From positions 1 through 49,616 of the forward strand of contig CANRBT010000001.1 of the NCBI GenBank assembly GCA_947628935.1: 49,616 nt of DNA. The letters run 5' to 3'. The position numbers and the translations under genes are program-made. The notes under the pieces were generated by a model that did no database searches, had not been told where the DNA came from, and saw only the letters and a list, made by a program, of their open reading frames with translations. This document shows positions 1-8,862 of this stretch, one piece after another; within the stretch, counting starts at the first letter, position 1; each line of letters begins with the position of its first letter. This DNA is from an uncultured Roseburia sp. Its GTDB lineage: Bacteria; Bacillota; Clostridia; Lachnospirales; Lachnospiraceae.

Positions 1-311
1 ACCCCGTCGGTCGCCTCCTCCGCCGTCTCCGTGAACACCCAGCCGATCGTGTCATTGCTCTCCAGCGCCTCCACGACGCTCCCGCCGATGTTGAGGCTTA
101 CGCCCGCGACGCTCACCCCCTCGTCCTCCGAGACCACAGCCACCTTCAGGTTGGAGGTCGCATCCGGTCCGTAGGGATCCCAGTTGGAGAAAATATTAAA
201 CCATGCATACAGCGACGGAAGGATCGAAAGCCCCATGATGACGACGACCGCCACCACGTTCCGGCTGATCATCTTCACATCCGTCAAAAATATCCTACCT
301 ATATTTTTCAT
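1..311 (-). CDS. YhgE/Pip family membrane protein, N-terminal part (runs off the left edge)
   Basis: Not in the ORF track. Manual translation from ATG 311 gives MKNIGRIFLTDVKMISRNVVAVVVIMGLSILPSLYAWFNIFSNWDPYGPDATSNLKVAVVSEDEG..., paralogous to 735-2906. The ATG overlaps the upstream TGA (ATGA). Confidence 0.88.
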   Translation of the reverse strand, partial: MKNIGRIFLTDVKMISRNVVAVVVIMGLSILPSLYAWFNIFSNWDPYGPDATSNLKVAVVSEDEGVSVAGVSLNIGGSVVEALESNDTIGWVFTETAEEATDG

Positions 312-721
312 TGCTCCTCACCCTCTGTCTCAAGCTCCGCAGACGCATTGAGCGACTGATCCAGCCTTTGCGCGGCGCTGCGGAGATTCTCCTCCACCTC
401 CTGCATGCCCTGTCCGATCAGCGCTTCCGGCTCCGCCTCCGCATCCATGCCGCCAAGTTCCCGCAGCTTTTCCTGCAGGTTGTAGTCCGCATACTCGACC
501 AGGATCAGATAGACGGCCAGCGCGAACAGGGAAACGATCCAGAGGATCAGGAATACGACCTTGTTGCTCTCGGTCCAGAACAGCAGGATCAGAAAGACCA
601 GCGGGATGATCAGGATGCAGCGGAGCCCCACCCGGATCCTTCTCTGGTTCCTCTCATGCGCCTGCTGCTCGAACTCTACGAGCTTTCCGTACAGCTGCTC
701 AAAATTTTCCTTCTTTTCCAT
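308..721 (-). CDS. Small two-TM membrane protein (137 aa) lying between two YhgE/Pip genes
   Basis: GAGGAG SD upstream. Two hydrophobic segments (GLRCILIIPLVFLILLFW; VVFLILWIVSLFALAVYLILV) followed by an acidic helical tail. Confidence 0.8.
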   Translation of the reverse strand: MEKKENFEQLYGKLVEFEQQAHERNQRRIRVGLRCILIIPLVFLILLFWTESNKVVFLILWIVSLFALAVYLILVEYADYNLQEKLRELGGMDAEAEPEALIGQGMQEVEENLRSAAQRLDQSLNASAELETEGEEQ

Positions 722-734
722 AACACTCTCCTCG

Positions 735-2906
735 TCACATCAGCTTGGTGTCCTCCATGCGCTCCTCCATGAAATGGTTGATGCGCACAAACGGCAGCCG
801 GATGACCAGCCCGATCAGCAGCGCCGCCACCGCAAAGATCATGAGCTCTCCCAGATACATCATATAATCGCTCCCGTACATACCGCCGATCGTCTCGCGC
901 ATCGCATTGATCGCATAGGGGAACGGGAAAAAGATATAGATGTTCCGGTAGATCTCCGGCAGAAGCTCGATCGGGAACGTTCCGCCGGAGCCCGCGATCT
1001 GGATGACCATGACCACGACCGCAAGCGCTTTCCCGATATCGCCAAAGGCAAGCGCAAGCGAATAGATCAGCAGGGTGAACGTAAAGCTCGCCAGCGCCGC
1101 CACAAGCCAGAACAGCACCGGGTAGAGGATCTGACAGTGGAGAAGATAGATGTCCCCGACCACCACGATCGCCGCCTGCAGCTGCCCCAGCACAAAGAAC
1201 AGCAGATACCGTCCGAAATAGAGCTGGTAGGACTTCGGGTCACTCAGCCCCTTCGGCTCCGCCTTCACCTTGATCAGCGCCACCAGGATCGTGCCGCCGA
1301 CCCACAGCGCCAGGACCGTGTAAAACGGCGTCATCGCCGAACCGTAATTGGGGATCGGATAGACCTCCTCCGTCGTCACCTGAACCGGCTCCGCAAAAAA
1401 CTCGCCATACCGCTCCGGATCACCGCCGAAGAAAGTGATGAGCGCCTGCACCTTCTCGTCGTCGTTCGCCGCCTCCAGCCGCTCCAAAAGCTCCGTCAGC
1501 CTGCCGCTCACATTGTCGATGACCGCCTTGATCTGCTCCAGGCTCTCCGTCGTGTCCGCCACGGTCGTCTCCACGCCGTCAAAGATCACGCCCATATCGT
1601 TCATCGCTTCGTTCAGGTTTCCGAGGATATTCGTGACATCCCCCAGCATCCGGGACATGCCGTTCAACACACTGTCCAGCTGCGGCACAAGGCTGTTGAC
1701 ATAGACGTTCTTCATGTTCGCCACAGACTGACTGCAGGTGCCGAGCACCTGGGTGAGACCGCCGACCGCAGCGTTCACAGAATCCGCCACGATCGTGCCG
1801 GACGCATCCGACACGAGCCCGCCCAGCGTGTTCTCGATATCCTGTGCGCTGCCGCCGAGCGAATCGATGTCATCCACGATCTTCTGATAGACGTCTGTCG
1901 CCTGCTCCGGCAGACGCTCCTCAATATACGCCTGCACCATACCGTTTCGCAGATCCTCCAGCTGCTGCTTGAGCTGCTTCGTATCGCTCACCGTCTGATT
2001 CAGCGCGTCCGCCGTCTGCTGCGCTCCCGCAGCAAGATTGGTATTGTTGATGTCCAACGCTATGCGGTCGATGGACGCCTTGATCCCGTCCAGGGTCTGC
2101 TGTACATTCTGGCTAAATGACGCAAGGGACGCCTGCGTATTGTTCAGGCTGCTCTTTGCGCCGGAAAATCCCCCCTCGATCTCCGTCACCTTCGCGGACA
2201 GATCCGGAATGCTGTCGTTCGCCTCCGCGACGGCATCGGACAGCGTCTCGTTCGCCGCAAGGAAGGAATCGATCAGCTTGCTGTAATCCGTCAGGTTCTC
2301 GTTCAGCCCGGTCAGCTTCTCCTCAAAGACCTCCAGCCTGCTCCTGTCCTCCAGATCCTCGGAGAGCAGGTTCGTCTCCGTAAAGATACTGTTCGTCACG
2401 ACCTCGATAAACTTCGTGTTGATGCTCTGCTTTAACGTGGAGACCGCCGTGTCCGTGATCTTTGTCGCGACCGCATTGCGCTTTTCGTTTTCGTAATATG
2501 TAATCGTCGGGTTCGCAAAATCTTCCTTGAACACATTATACATACTGTATGTGAAATTTTCGCTGATGATGACCGCGGCATAGTATTCTCCGCTGTTGAC
2601 GCCCTCGAGAGCCTCGTCCGCCGTCTCCGTAAAGACCCATCCGATCTTATCATTCTCCTTCAGCTCTTCCAGGACCTCGTCGCCCATATTCTCATAGGTG
2701 CCGTCCCGCAGGGTGTACCCGGCATCCTCCGTGGCGACCGCGACCTTGATGTTCGCCGTGTTCGCATAGGGATCCCAGTTTGAATAGATATTGAACCAGG
2801 CATACAGAGAAGGCAGAATACAAAGTCCTCCAGCCACGATCATCGCCAGCGGGTTTTTGATCAGTCCTTTTAGATCTGTGGTAAAGATCTTCCAGATATT
2901 TTTCAT
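735..2906 (-). CDS. YhgE/Pip (phage infection protein / EsaA-like) membrane protein
   Basis: N-terminal LPSLYAWFNIYSNWDPY signature, long helical extracellular region, and C-terminal multi-TM block with NYGSAMTPFY and QIAGSGGTFPIELLP. Start placed at ATG 2906 (MKNIWKIF). Confidence 0.9.
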   Translation of the reverse strand: MKNIWKIFTTDLKGLIKNPLAMIVAGGLCILPSLYAWFNIYSNWDPYANTANIKVAVATEDAGYTLRDGTYENMGDEVLEELKENDKIGWVFTETADEALEGVNSGEYYAAVIISENFTYSMYNVFKEDFANPTITYYENEKRNAVATKITDTAVSTLKQSINTKFIEVVTNSIFTETNLLSEDLEDRSRLEVFEEKLTGLNENLTDYSKLIDSFLAANETLSDAVAEANDSIPDLSAKVTEIEGGFSGAKSSLNNTQASLASFSQNVQQTLDGIKASIDRIALDINNTNLAAGAQQTADALNQTVSDTKQLKQQLEDLRNGMVQAYIEERLPEQATDVYQKIVDDIDSLGGSAQDIENTLGGLVSDASGTIVADSVNAAVGGLTQVLGTCSQSVANMKNVYVNSLVPQLDSVLNGMSRMLGDVTNILGNLNEAMNDMGVIFDGVETTVADTTESLEQIKAVIDNVSGRLTELLERLEAANDDEKVQALITFFGGDPERYGEFFAEPVQVTTEEVYPIPNYGSAMTPFYTVLALWVGGTILVALIKVKAEPKGLSDPKSYQLYFGRYLLFFVLGQLQAAIVVVGDIYLLHCQILYPVLFWLVAALASFTFTLLIYSLALAFGDIGKALAVVVMVIQIAGSGGTFPIELLPEIYRNIYIFFPFPYAINAMRETIGGMYGSDYMMYLGELMIFAVAALLIGLVIRLPFVRINHFMEERMEDTKLM

Positions 2907-2938
2907 AACAAGTCTTCCCCTCAATCCTCCGATAAGGT

Positions 2939-2990
2939 AAAAAAGAACTTATTCCGCATCGGAATCTCCGACGCAAAATAAATTCTTTTT
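2939..2990 (-). terminator. Long intrinsic terminator-like hairpin after rplT
   Basis: Minus strand AAAAAGAATTTATTTTGCGTCGGA-GAT-TCCGATGCGGAATAAGTTCTTTTTT forms a 24-bp stem whose mismatches are all G-U on this strand, ending in a U-tract. Confidence 0.8.
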
Positions 2991-3043
2991 CCGGCAACAG
3001 ATGCGCCGTCAGGCGTGCCATCCGTTGTTCGCATCCTGTTTGA

Positions 3044-3400
3044 TTATGCCACCTTGCTCTTTGCAAGCTCAGCCAGCGTTGCAAATCCCTCAGCATCGTT
3101 CACTGCCATCTCTGCGAGCATCTTGCGGTTGATGTCCACTCCCGCCAGCTTCAGCCCGTGCATCATCTGGCTGTAGGAGATCCCGTTGAGCCTTGCCGCC
3201 GCGTTGATACGCGCGATCCAAAGCTGACGGAACTGTCTCTTTTTCTCTTTTCTGCCCGCATAGGAGCTTGCCAGCGCACGCATCACGGACTGCTTTGCCA
3301 CACGATACTGCTTGGAACGCGCACCTCTGTATCCCTTTGCCAGCTTTAAGGTTCTGTTATGTCTTTTCTTGGCGCCCAGACCGCCCTTTACTCTTGCCAT
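3044..3400 (-). CDS. rplT: 50S ribosomal protein L20
   Basis: MARVKGG...[12 protein letters not shown]...[14 protein letters not shown]; follows rpmI. Confidence 0.99.
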   Translation of the reverse strand: MARVKGGLGAKKRHNRTLKLAKGYRGARSKQYRVAKQSVMRALASSYAGRKEKKRQFRQLWIARINAAARLNGISYSQMMHGLKLAGVDINRKMLAEMAVNDAEGFATLAELAKSKVA

Positions 3401-3422
3401 CTCTGATATCCTCCTATTCTCC

Positions 3423-3620
3423 CTATAAATACGGTAAAATCTTCTTCATGTTCTTCACGTTCGTCGCATCGACGATCGCCGGCTTCCTGAGATTCCTCTT
3501 GTTCTTGGTCGTCTTCTTCGTCAGGATGTGTCTCTTGTAAGCTTTATTTCTCTTTAACTTTCCCGTTCCGGTCACCTTGAAACGTTTTGCTGCTGCTCTG
3601 CTTGTCTTCATTTTTGGCAT
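3423..3620 (-). CDS. rpmI: 50S ribosomal protein L35
   Basis: [24 protein letters not shown]...HILTKK. Confidence 0.99.
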   Translation of the reverse strand: MPKMKTSRAAAKRFKVTGTGKLKRNKAYKRHILTKKTTKNKRNLRKPAIVDATNVKNMKKILPYL

Positions 3621-3638
3621 GGTATCTTCCTCCTTAAA

Positions 3639-4148
3639 TTATGATTTTTTCTCTGCCAACACCATACTGATGCTTCTGCCCTCTGCCTTCGGCGCCTTTT
3701 CCACCACTGCGATCTCGCCCAGACTTGCGGCAAAATCGTCCAAAATGTGCTTGCTGGCATTCATGTGCGCCATCTCACGTCCCCGGAAACGCAGCGTGAT
3801 CTTCACCTTGTCTCCCTTTGTGAGGAATTTTTTTGCGGCGTTCATCTTGGTATTCAGATCGTTGGAATCAATATTGGGCGACAGTCGGATCTCCTTCAAC
3901 TCGACGGTCTTCTGCTTCTTCCTCGCTTCCTTTTCCTTCCGCGCCATCTCATACCGGTACTTCCCGTAATCGATAATCTTGCATACCGGCGGCTTCGCAG
4001 TCGGAGCGATCTTCACCAGATCCAACTCCGCTTCCTCTGCCAGCTTCATCGCTTCGTGCGCCGACATAATGCCAAGCTGCTCTCCGTTCACTCCTATCAG
4101 GCGGACTTCCTTATCCCTGATCTGTTCGTTAATCATTAACTCGCTAAT
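3639..4148 (-). CDS. infC: Translation initiation factor IF-3 with non-canonical ATT start
   Basis: INEQIRDKEVRLI...DLVKIAPTAKPPVCKIIDYGK...RFRGRE. SD GGAGGT lies 8 nt before an in-frame ATT at 4146-4148, the known autoregulatory infC start. Confidence 0.97.
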   Translation of the reverse strand: MSELMINEQIRDKEVRLIGVNGEQLGIMSAHEAMKLAEEAELDLVKIAPTAKPPVCKIIDYGKYRYEMARKEKEARKKQKTVELKEIRLSPNIDSNDLNTKMNAAKKFLTKGDKVKITLRFRGREMAHMNASKHILDDFAASLGEIAVVEKAPKAEGRSISMVLAEKKS

Positions 4149-4164
4149 GGTATCGTACCTCCAA

Positions 4165-4296
4165 TAAAAAAAGTGGATAGGCAGACTATCCACTCATGAT
4201 ACATACCCCATCGCAGGAAAACCCCTGCAATGCCAGAACCGATGAACCGCGAGTCACGCCATTGTGCTCCGGTGAGAGTGGATCCTCTACTTTGTT
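4165..4296 (-). ncRNA. L20 ribosomal leader (attenuator) upstream of infC
   Basis: Begins AAGTAGAGGATCCACTCTCACC and ends in terminator AGTGGATAG-TCTGC-CTATCCACT-TTTTTT. The 5' ATCCACTC can pair alternatively with GAGTGGAT (antiterminator). Position matches the Firmicutes L20 leader. Confidence 0.82.
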
Positions 4297-4312
4297 TGCT
4301 GACAACTATTGT

Positions 4313-4341
4313 AATCTAACACAGAATTCCGGCTTTGTCAA
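4313..4341 (-). promoter_or_regulatory. SigA-type promoter of infC-rpmI-rplT
   Basis: TTGACA-17 nt-TAGATT with an A-tract UP element. Confidence 0.8.
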
Positions 4342-4348
4342 GATTTTT

Positions 4349-4798
4349 TTATTCGGACTGCTCCTCGACGAGCTGGCGCAGCTGTTCGCGCTCCGCAAGA
4401 CTCACCAGCGTGCCGACATCCAGCATCGCGATGAGCTCCCTTTGACGGGTCGCGACATCGCTGAAGCAGTTCCCGCCGCCGCTCATGATGACCGGCATCG
4501 GAAGTACGCTCTTGTTCTCGATCTCCACGATCTCCTTGACCTGTTCCACCTCAAGCCCGAGCTTCATCCCGTCCACGCTGGCGACCACAAGATTCTGGAT
4601 CGGCTGGCTCGTCGTCACGCCGAAGCGCGCCGCGAGACTGATCACAGGAATGATATCCCCGTGCAGCTTGATAATGCCCCGAATATAGGGCGGCGCTGTC
4701 GGAACCATGGTGATATCAATCCGACTCTCAATTGACTCCACATTCTGGATGGGAATCCCATAACTGACACCATTCAGGGAAAATGTCAACAACTGCAT
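4349..4798 (-). CDS. cheW: Orphan chemotaxis coupling protein CheW
   Basis: LLTFSL...YGIPI..VESI...ITMVPTAPPYIRGIIKLHGDIIPVISL...GLEVEQVKEI. Confidence 0.9.
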   Translation of the reverse strand: MQLLTFSLNGVSYGIPIQNVESIESRIDITMVPTAPPYIRGIIKLHGDIIPVISLAARFGVTTSQPIQNLVVASVDGMKLGLEVEQVKEIVEIENKSVLPMPVIMSGGGNCFSDVATRQRELIAMLDVGTLVSLAEREQLRQLVEEQSE

Positions 4799-4830
4799 AG
4801 TAAGCCCCCCTATCGCTCCGTCTTTTTTCT

Positions 4831-4859
4831 ATTATAGACCTTTTTCCGCATTTAAGCAA
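4831..4859 (-). promoter_or_regulatory. SigA-type promoter of orphan cheW
   Basis: TTGCTT-17 nt-TATAAT. Confidence 0.65.
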
Positions 4860-4868
4860 CAGAATCCT

Positions 4869-4897
4869 TTGACACGGCGCAGGATATCCGCTATCAT
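4869..4897 (+). promoter_or_regulatory. SigA-type promoter of PHP gene
   Basis: TTGACA-17 nt-TATCAT. Confidence 0.7.
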
Positions 4898-4960
4898 GTC
4901 GATGGATGAAATCCGTTTCCCATTGACAAAAAGTATATTCGGAAAGGAGCTCCTGCACCT

Positions 4961-5833
4961 ATGGAGACACGAACCATTGATCTGCATGTACACTCTTCCG
5001 AATCGGACGGCACGCTCACGCCGGAGGAGGTCGTCCTCGCCGCACGGGATGCCGGGCTTGGCGCCCTCGCGCTGACCGACCACGACACGGTCCAGGGCGT
5101 TCCGAAGGCGGTGTCCGCGGCCAAGCGCTGCGGCATCGAGCTGGTCCCCGGCATCGAATTTTCTACGGAATACCGGCTTCCCACAGCCGCAGGACGAAAA
5201 AAAGAGATCCATATCGTGGGGCTCCTGATCGACCCGGAGCATCCGCTCCTGCTGCAGAAGACCCGGGAGCTCCGCAGCTGCCGCGACGCGCGCAACGAGG
5301 AGATGGTCGCAGCGCTCCGGCGGGAAGGGCTCTCCATCACCATGGACGCTCTCTATCAGGAAAACCCCGGCTGCGTCGTCACACGCGCAAACATTGCGCG
5401 CTTCCTTGTCGAGCACGGGCAGATCCGCAGCATGCAGGAGGCATTTCAAACATATATCGGAGACGGCTGCCGCTGCTATGTCAGTCGTTTTTTGACGGAG
5501 CCGACGGCTGCCGTAGAGCTCATCCATGCTGCCGGGGGACTCGCCGTGCTGGCACATCCCATCCTGTACCGTCTGGATATGACAGCCTTACAGCGACTTG
5601 TGGATGCGCTGAAAGAGGTCGGACTGGACGGCATCGAAGCGATATACTCGACCTATTCCAGGGGGGAGGAGCGCCTGATACGGGATCTCGCCGCAAAGAA
5701 CGATCTGCTCCTCAGCGGAGGATCGGATTTTCACGGAGAGAACAAACCCGCCATCCGGATCGGCATCGGAAAGGGAAATCTCCGCATCCCCTACGAGCTC
5801 CTTGCGGCGATGAAAAAAAAGCTTGGCAGATGA
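4961..5833 (+). CDS. PHP-domain metal-dependent phosphoesterase (YciV/TrpH-like)
   Basis: DLHVHSSESDG, ALTDHDT, GIEFS, HIVG, LAHP and GGSDFHG motifs; AAGGAG SD. Confidence 0.92.
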   Translation: METRTIDLHVHSSESDGTLTPEEVVLAARDAGLGALALTDHDTVQGVPKAVSAAKRCGIELVPGIEFSTEYRLPTAAGRKKEIHIVGLLIDPEHPLLLQKTRELRSCRDARNEEMVAALRREGLSITMDALYQENPGCVVTRANIARFLVEHGQIRSMQEAFQTYIGDGCRCYVSRFLTEPTAAVELIHAAGGLAVLAHPILYRLDMTALQRLVDALKEVGLDGIEAIYSTYSRGEERLIRDLAAKNDLLLSGGSDFHGENKPAIRIGIGKGNLRIPYELLAAMKKKLGR

Positions 5834-5840
5834 CGAACCG

Positions 5841-6653
5841 CTAAAGGATGAACTTCTCGATGATCTCCGCAACGGCATCGTGATTGTTGTCGCGCTCCGT
5901 CACGTAGTCTGCCACAGCCTTTAACTCCGGCACGGCATTTTTCACGGCGACTCCGATGTACGACGCCTGCAGCATGGAAATATCGTTCCGCTCGTCCCCC
6001 ACGGCGATCGTGCAGTCCGCCGGCATATTGAGGATCCTCGTCAGTTCCATCACGCCGGAGCCCTTGCTTGTCCCAAGCGGGCTGTATTCCAGAAAAGATT
6101 GGGATGCAAACACGCTGACACATCTTCCCCTCTCCCACGCCTGGTTCCTCTGCTGGAAGCGGATGAGCCGTTCCGTCCGGTCCACAGCGATCAGCATGAC
6201 CTTGTGCGGTTCCTCCTCCAGAATATCCATAATGTTCGACGCGAGCTTGTACGTCATCGGGGCCTTCTTCAGATAATAGTCCAGCTCCCTGGTATGCCCC
6301 GTGGACAAGATATCGCTCTTATTGTAGGTGTGCGCATAGATCCCCGCACGCTTTGCGCGTTCAAACAGCTCATGTACGACATCGATCGGAATGGAGCGCT
6401 GCAGGAGCGTGCGGTCCGCCGCGCAATCGTAGAGTACAGCACCGTTGAAGGCGATCATATAGCAGCCCGGCACCGTCACGCCCAGATTTCTTGCGATCGC
6501 CCTGCCGCTCTCCACGGATCTTCCGGTCGCAAGCGCTACGTAATGCCCCTTTGCCAGCATCCGCCGGATCGCCTCACGGTTTTTTTCCGAAACAGTCCGG
6601 TCATCGCAGAGCAAAGCGCCATCCAGATCCAAAAACAATATCTTATTGTTCAT
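5841..6653 (-). CDS. Cof-type HAD-IIB phosphatase
   Basis: FLDLDG, ATGR, FNGA, SKG and GDERNDISML motifs. Start moved to ATG 6653 (MNNKIL) behind a GGAGG SD. Confidence 0.92.
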   Translation of the reverse strand: MNNKILFLDLDGALLCDDRTVSEKNREAIRRMLAKGHYVALATGRSVESGRAIARNLGVTVPGCYMIAFNGAVLYDCAADRTLLQRSIPIDVVHELFERAKRAGIYAHTYNKSDILSTGHTRELDYYLKKAPMTYKLASNIMDILEEEPHKVMLIAVDRTERLIRFQQRNQAWERGRCVSVFASQSFLEYSPLGTSKGSGVMELTRILNMPADCTIAVGDERNDISMLQASYIGVAVKNAVPELKAVADYVTERDNNHDAVAEIIEKFIL

Positions 6654-6684
6654 TGCCTCCCCTCCTGTTCCGTCATCTCTTCTG

Positions 6685-8844
6685 TTATTCCGCAGGCTCC
6701 GCTGGGATGAACACTCTCTCCCGATATGCCTGACCCGCACGCGGCGCCGCTTCGACTGCCTCCCGGCAGAACTGCTCCTGCGAATTGACAAGTACCTTTC
6801 CTCTTTTGTCTATTTTCTCATAATTTCCGTCTGATTTCAAGAGGTGCGCCTTCATGTTGTCTGATAATTCAACCTCAAGAATATGTTTTACCTGACTTTG
6901 AAGCTTTTCGTCCAACACGGGGAACAAAATTTCCACACGGCGATCCAGATTGCGCGGCATCCAGTCCGCACTTCCCATATAGAGCTCTTCCTCCCCGTTA
7001 TTCGCAAAATAAAAGATACGGCTGTGCTCCAGAAAATTCCCGACGATGGAACGCACCCGGATATGCTCGCTCACGCCCGGGATCCCGACCCTCAGGCAGC
7101 AGATACCGCGAACGATCAGGTCGATCTCGACGCCTGCCGCAGACGCCTCATATAACGCCGCAATGATATCCTCGTCACACAGGGAGTTCATCTTCGCAAT
7201 GATGCGCGCTTCCTTGCCCTCGCGCGCATGCCTCGTCTCCCGCTCGATCAGGCTCATAAACCGGGACCGCAGCCAGATCGGCGCCAGCACCAGCTCGTTC
7301 CAGGAGGGCGGCTCCGAGTAGCCCGACAGCATGTTAAAGACCGCCGTCGCGTCCTCCCCGATGCTCTCCTGACAGGTGAAGATCCCGCAGTCCGTATAGA
7401 GCTTTGCCGTGGAATCGTTGTAGTTTCCCGTGCCAAGGTGCACATAACGCCGGATGCCGTCCTCCTCACGGCGCACCACCAGGGCGATCTTGCTGTGCGT
7501 TTTCAGACCCACGAGACCGTAAATGACATGGCAGCCCGCCTGTTCCAGCTTCTTTGCCCAGACAATGTTGTTCTCCTCGTCAAAGCGCGCCTTCAGCTCC
7601 ACCAGCACGGAGACCTGCTTCCCGTTCTCCGCCGCCTTTGCCAGAGAGGCAATGATCGGCGAATGCCCGCTGACGCGGTAGAGCGTCTGCTTGATCGCCA
7701 GAACGTCCGGATCGACGGAGGCCTGCCGGATAAATTCCACGACCGGATCAAAGGTCTGGTAGGGATGGTGCAGCAAAATATCTCCCCTGCGGATCTCCTC
7801 GAACAGATCCGCTCCCGGTTCAATGCCCGGCACGCGCTGCGGCGTGTATGGACGGATGCGCAGATGGTCGCAATCCGGCAGTCCATACATCTTCATCAGA
7901 AAGGTCAGATCGATCGGTCCCGGGATCTTGTAGATATCTTCCTCCGCGACACGAAATTCATCCTTCAGAAAGCGGAGCAGCTTCCGGTCGATCGAGGACT
8001 CCACCTCCAAGCGGATGACCTCTCCCCACTGCCGGCGCTTTAACTGTTTTTGGATCTCTTCCAGCAAGTCCTCCGCCTCATCCTCGTCGATCGGCAGATC
8101 GGCGTTGCGCATGACACGGTAGGGATATGCGCACAGCACCTCATAGCTCAAAAACAGCTTCGCTATGTTGCGCTCGATCACCTGCTCCAGGAGAATAAAG
8201 CTCTGACCGTCCTCCCCGGGGACCGGCACCAGACGCGGCAGCATTCCCGGGACCTGGACCGTCGCAAATTCCACTGCGCTCTTTTGGCGCTTCTCTCCCT
8301 TTCCCTGCTTCTCCCCGTCTGCATCCTTGCGCGCGAGCAGCGCGCCGATATTCAATGTCTTATTTCGGATCAGGGGAAACGGGCGCGACGCATCGACCGC
8401 CATCGGTGTGAGCGCCGGATAGACATTCTCCTCAAAATACCGGTCCACAAAGCGCTCCTGTTCCTCATCCAGCTCCTCAAATTTCTCTATGATATGAATA
8501 CCGTGACTGCGCAGCAGCGGGACGAGCGAGCGGTTATAGGTGTGATACTGGCTGTCCACAAGCTCCTTCGTATGTCTTGCGATCTCCGTCAGCTGTTCCT
8601 GCGCCGTCATCCCGGCGATATCCCTCTTCCGGTAATCGGCATGCACCATATCCTTCAGGGAAGCCACGCGCACCATAAAGAACTCATCCAGGTTCGAGGA
8701 GGTGATGCTGATGAATTTCAGCCGGTCCAAAAGAGGAATGCTCTTATCCTTCGCCTCCCCCAGGACACGCCCCTCAAATTTCAGCCAGCTCAGCTCCCGA
8801 TTCTCATAGTATTCCGGCTGATGAAAGTCCTTCTTTTTTTCCAT
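6685..8844 (-). CDS. ppk: Polyphosphate kinase 1
   Basis: NRELSWL, SSNLDEFFMVRVA, LLHHPY, KQTLYR, ELKARFDEENN, LKTHSK (phospho-His), FLEHSR, SADWMPRNLDRRVE. Confidence 0.98.
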   Translation of the reverse strand: MEKKKDFHQPEYYENRELSWLKFEGRVLGEAKDKSIPLLDRLKFISITSSNLDEFFMVRVASLKDMVHADYRKRDIAGMTAQEQLTEIARHTKELVDSQYHTYNRSLVPLLRSHGIHIIEKFEELDEEQERFVDRYFEENVYPALTPMAVDASRPFPLIRNKTLNIGALLARKDADGEKQGKGEKRQKSAVEFATVQVPGMLPRLVPVPGEDGQSFILLEQVIERNIAKLFLSYEVLCAYPYRVMRNADLPIDEDEAEDLLEEIQKQLKRRQWGEVIRLEVESSIDRKLLRFLKDEFRVAEEDIYKIPGPIDLTFLMKMYGLPDCDHLRIRPYTPQRVPGIEPGADLFEEIRRGDILLHHPYQTFDPVVEFIRQASVDPDVLAIKQTLYRVSGHSPIIASLAKAAENGKQVSVLVELKARFDEENNIVWAKKLEQAGCHVIYGLVGLKTHSKIALVVRREEDGIRRYVHLGTGNYNDSTAKLYTDCGIFTCQESIGEDATAVFNMLSGYSEPPSWNELVLAPIWLRSRFMSLIERETRHAREGKEARIIAKMNSLCDEDIIAALYEASAAGVEIDLIVRGICCLRVGIPGVSEHIRVRSIVGNFLEHSRIFYFANNGEEELYMGSADWMPRNLDRRVEILFPVLDEKLQSQVKHILEVELSDNMKAHLLKSDGNYEKIDKRGKVLVNSQEQFCREAVEAAPRAGQAYRERVFIPAEPAE

Positions 8845-8862
8845 CCGATCCTCTCCTCCCTG

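Noticed and set aside
561-2120. 519-aa plus-strand ORF, and similar long ORFs at 8050-9471, 14869-16572, 21969-23387 and 36097-37698
   Set aside because: All lie opposite well-supported genes and lack SD or domain evidence.
5813-5820. A8 homopolymer in the PHP gene as a phase-variation tract
   Set aside because: It lies in the last few codons (Lys run), so slippage would barely alter the protein.
6612-6635. HAD motif I reads DLDGAL rather than DLDGTL
   Set aside because: Both catalytic Asp residues and motifs II-IV are intact, so this is not enough to call inactivation.
6785-6815. TTGACA on the plus strand inside ppk as an antisense promoter
   Set aside because: No acceptable -10 at 16-18 nt spacing.
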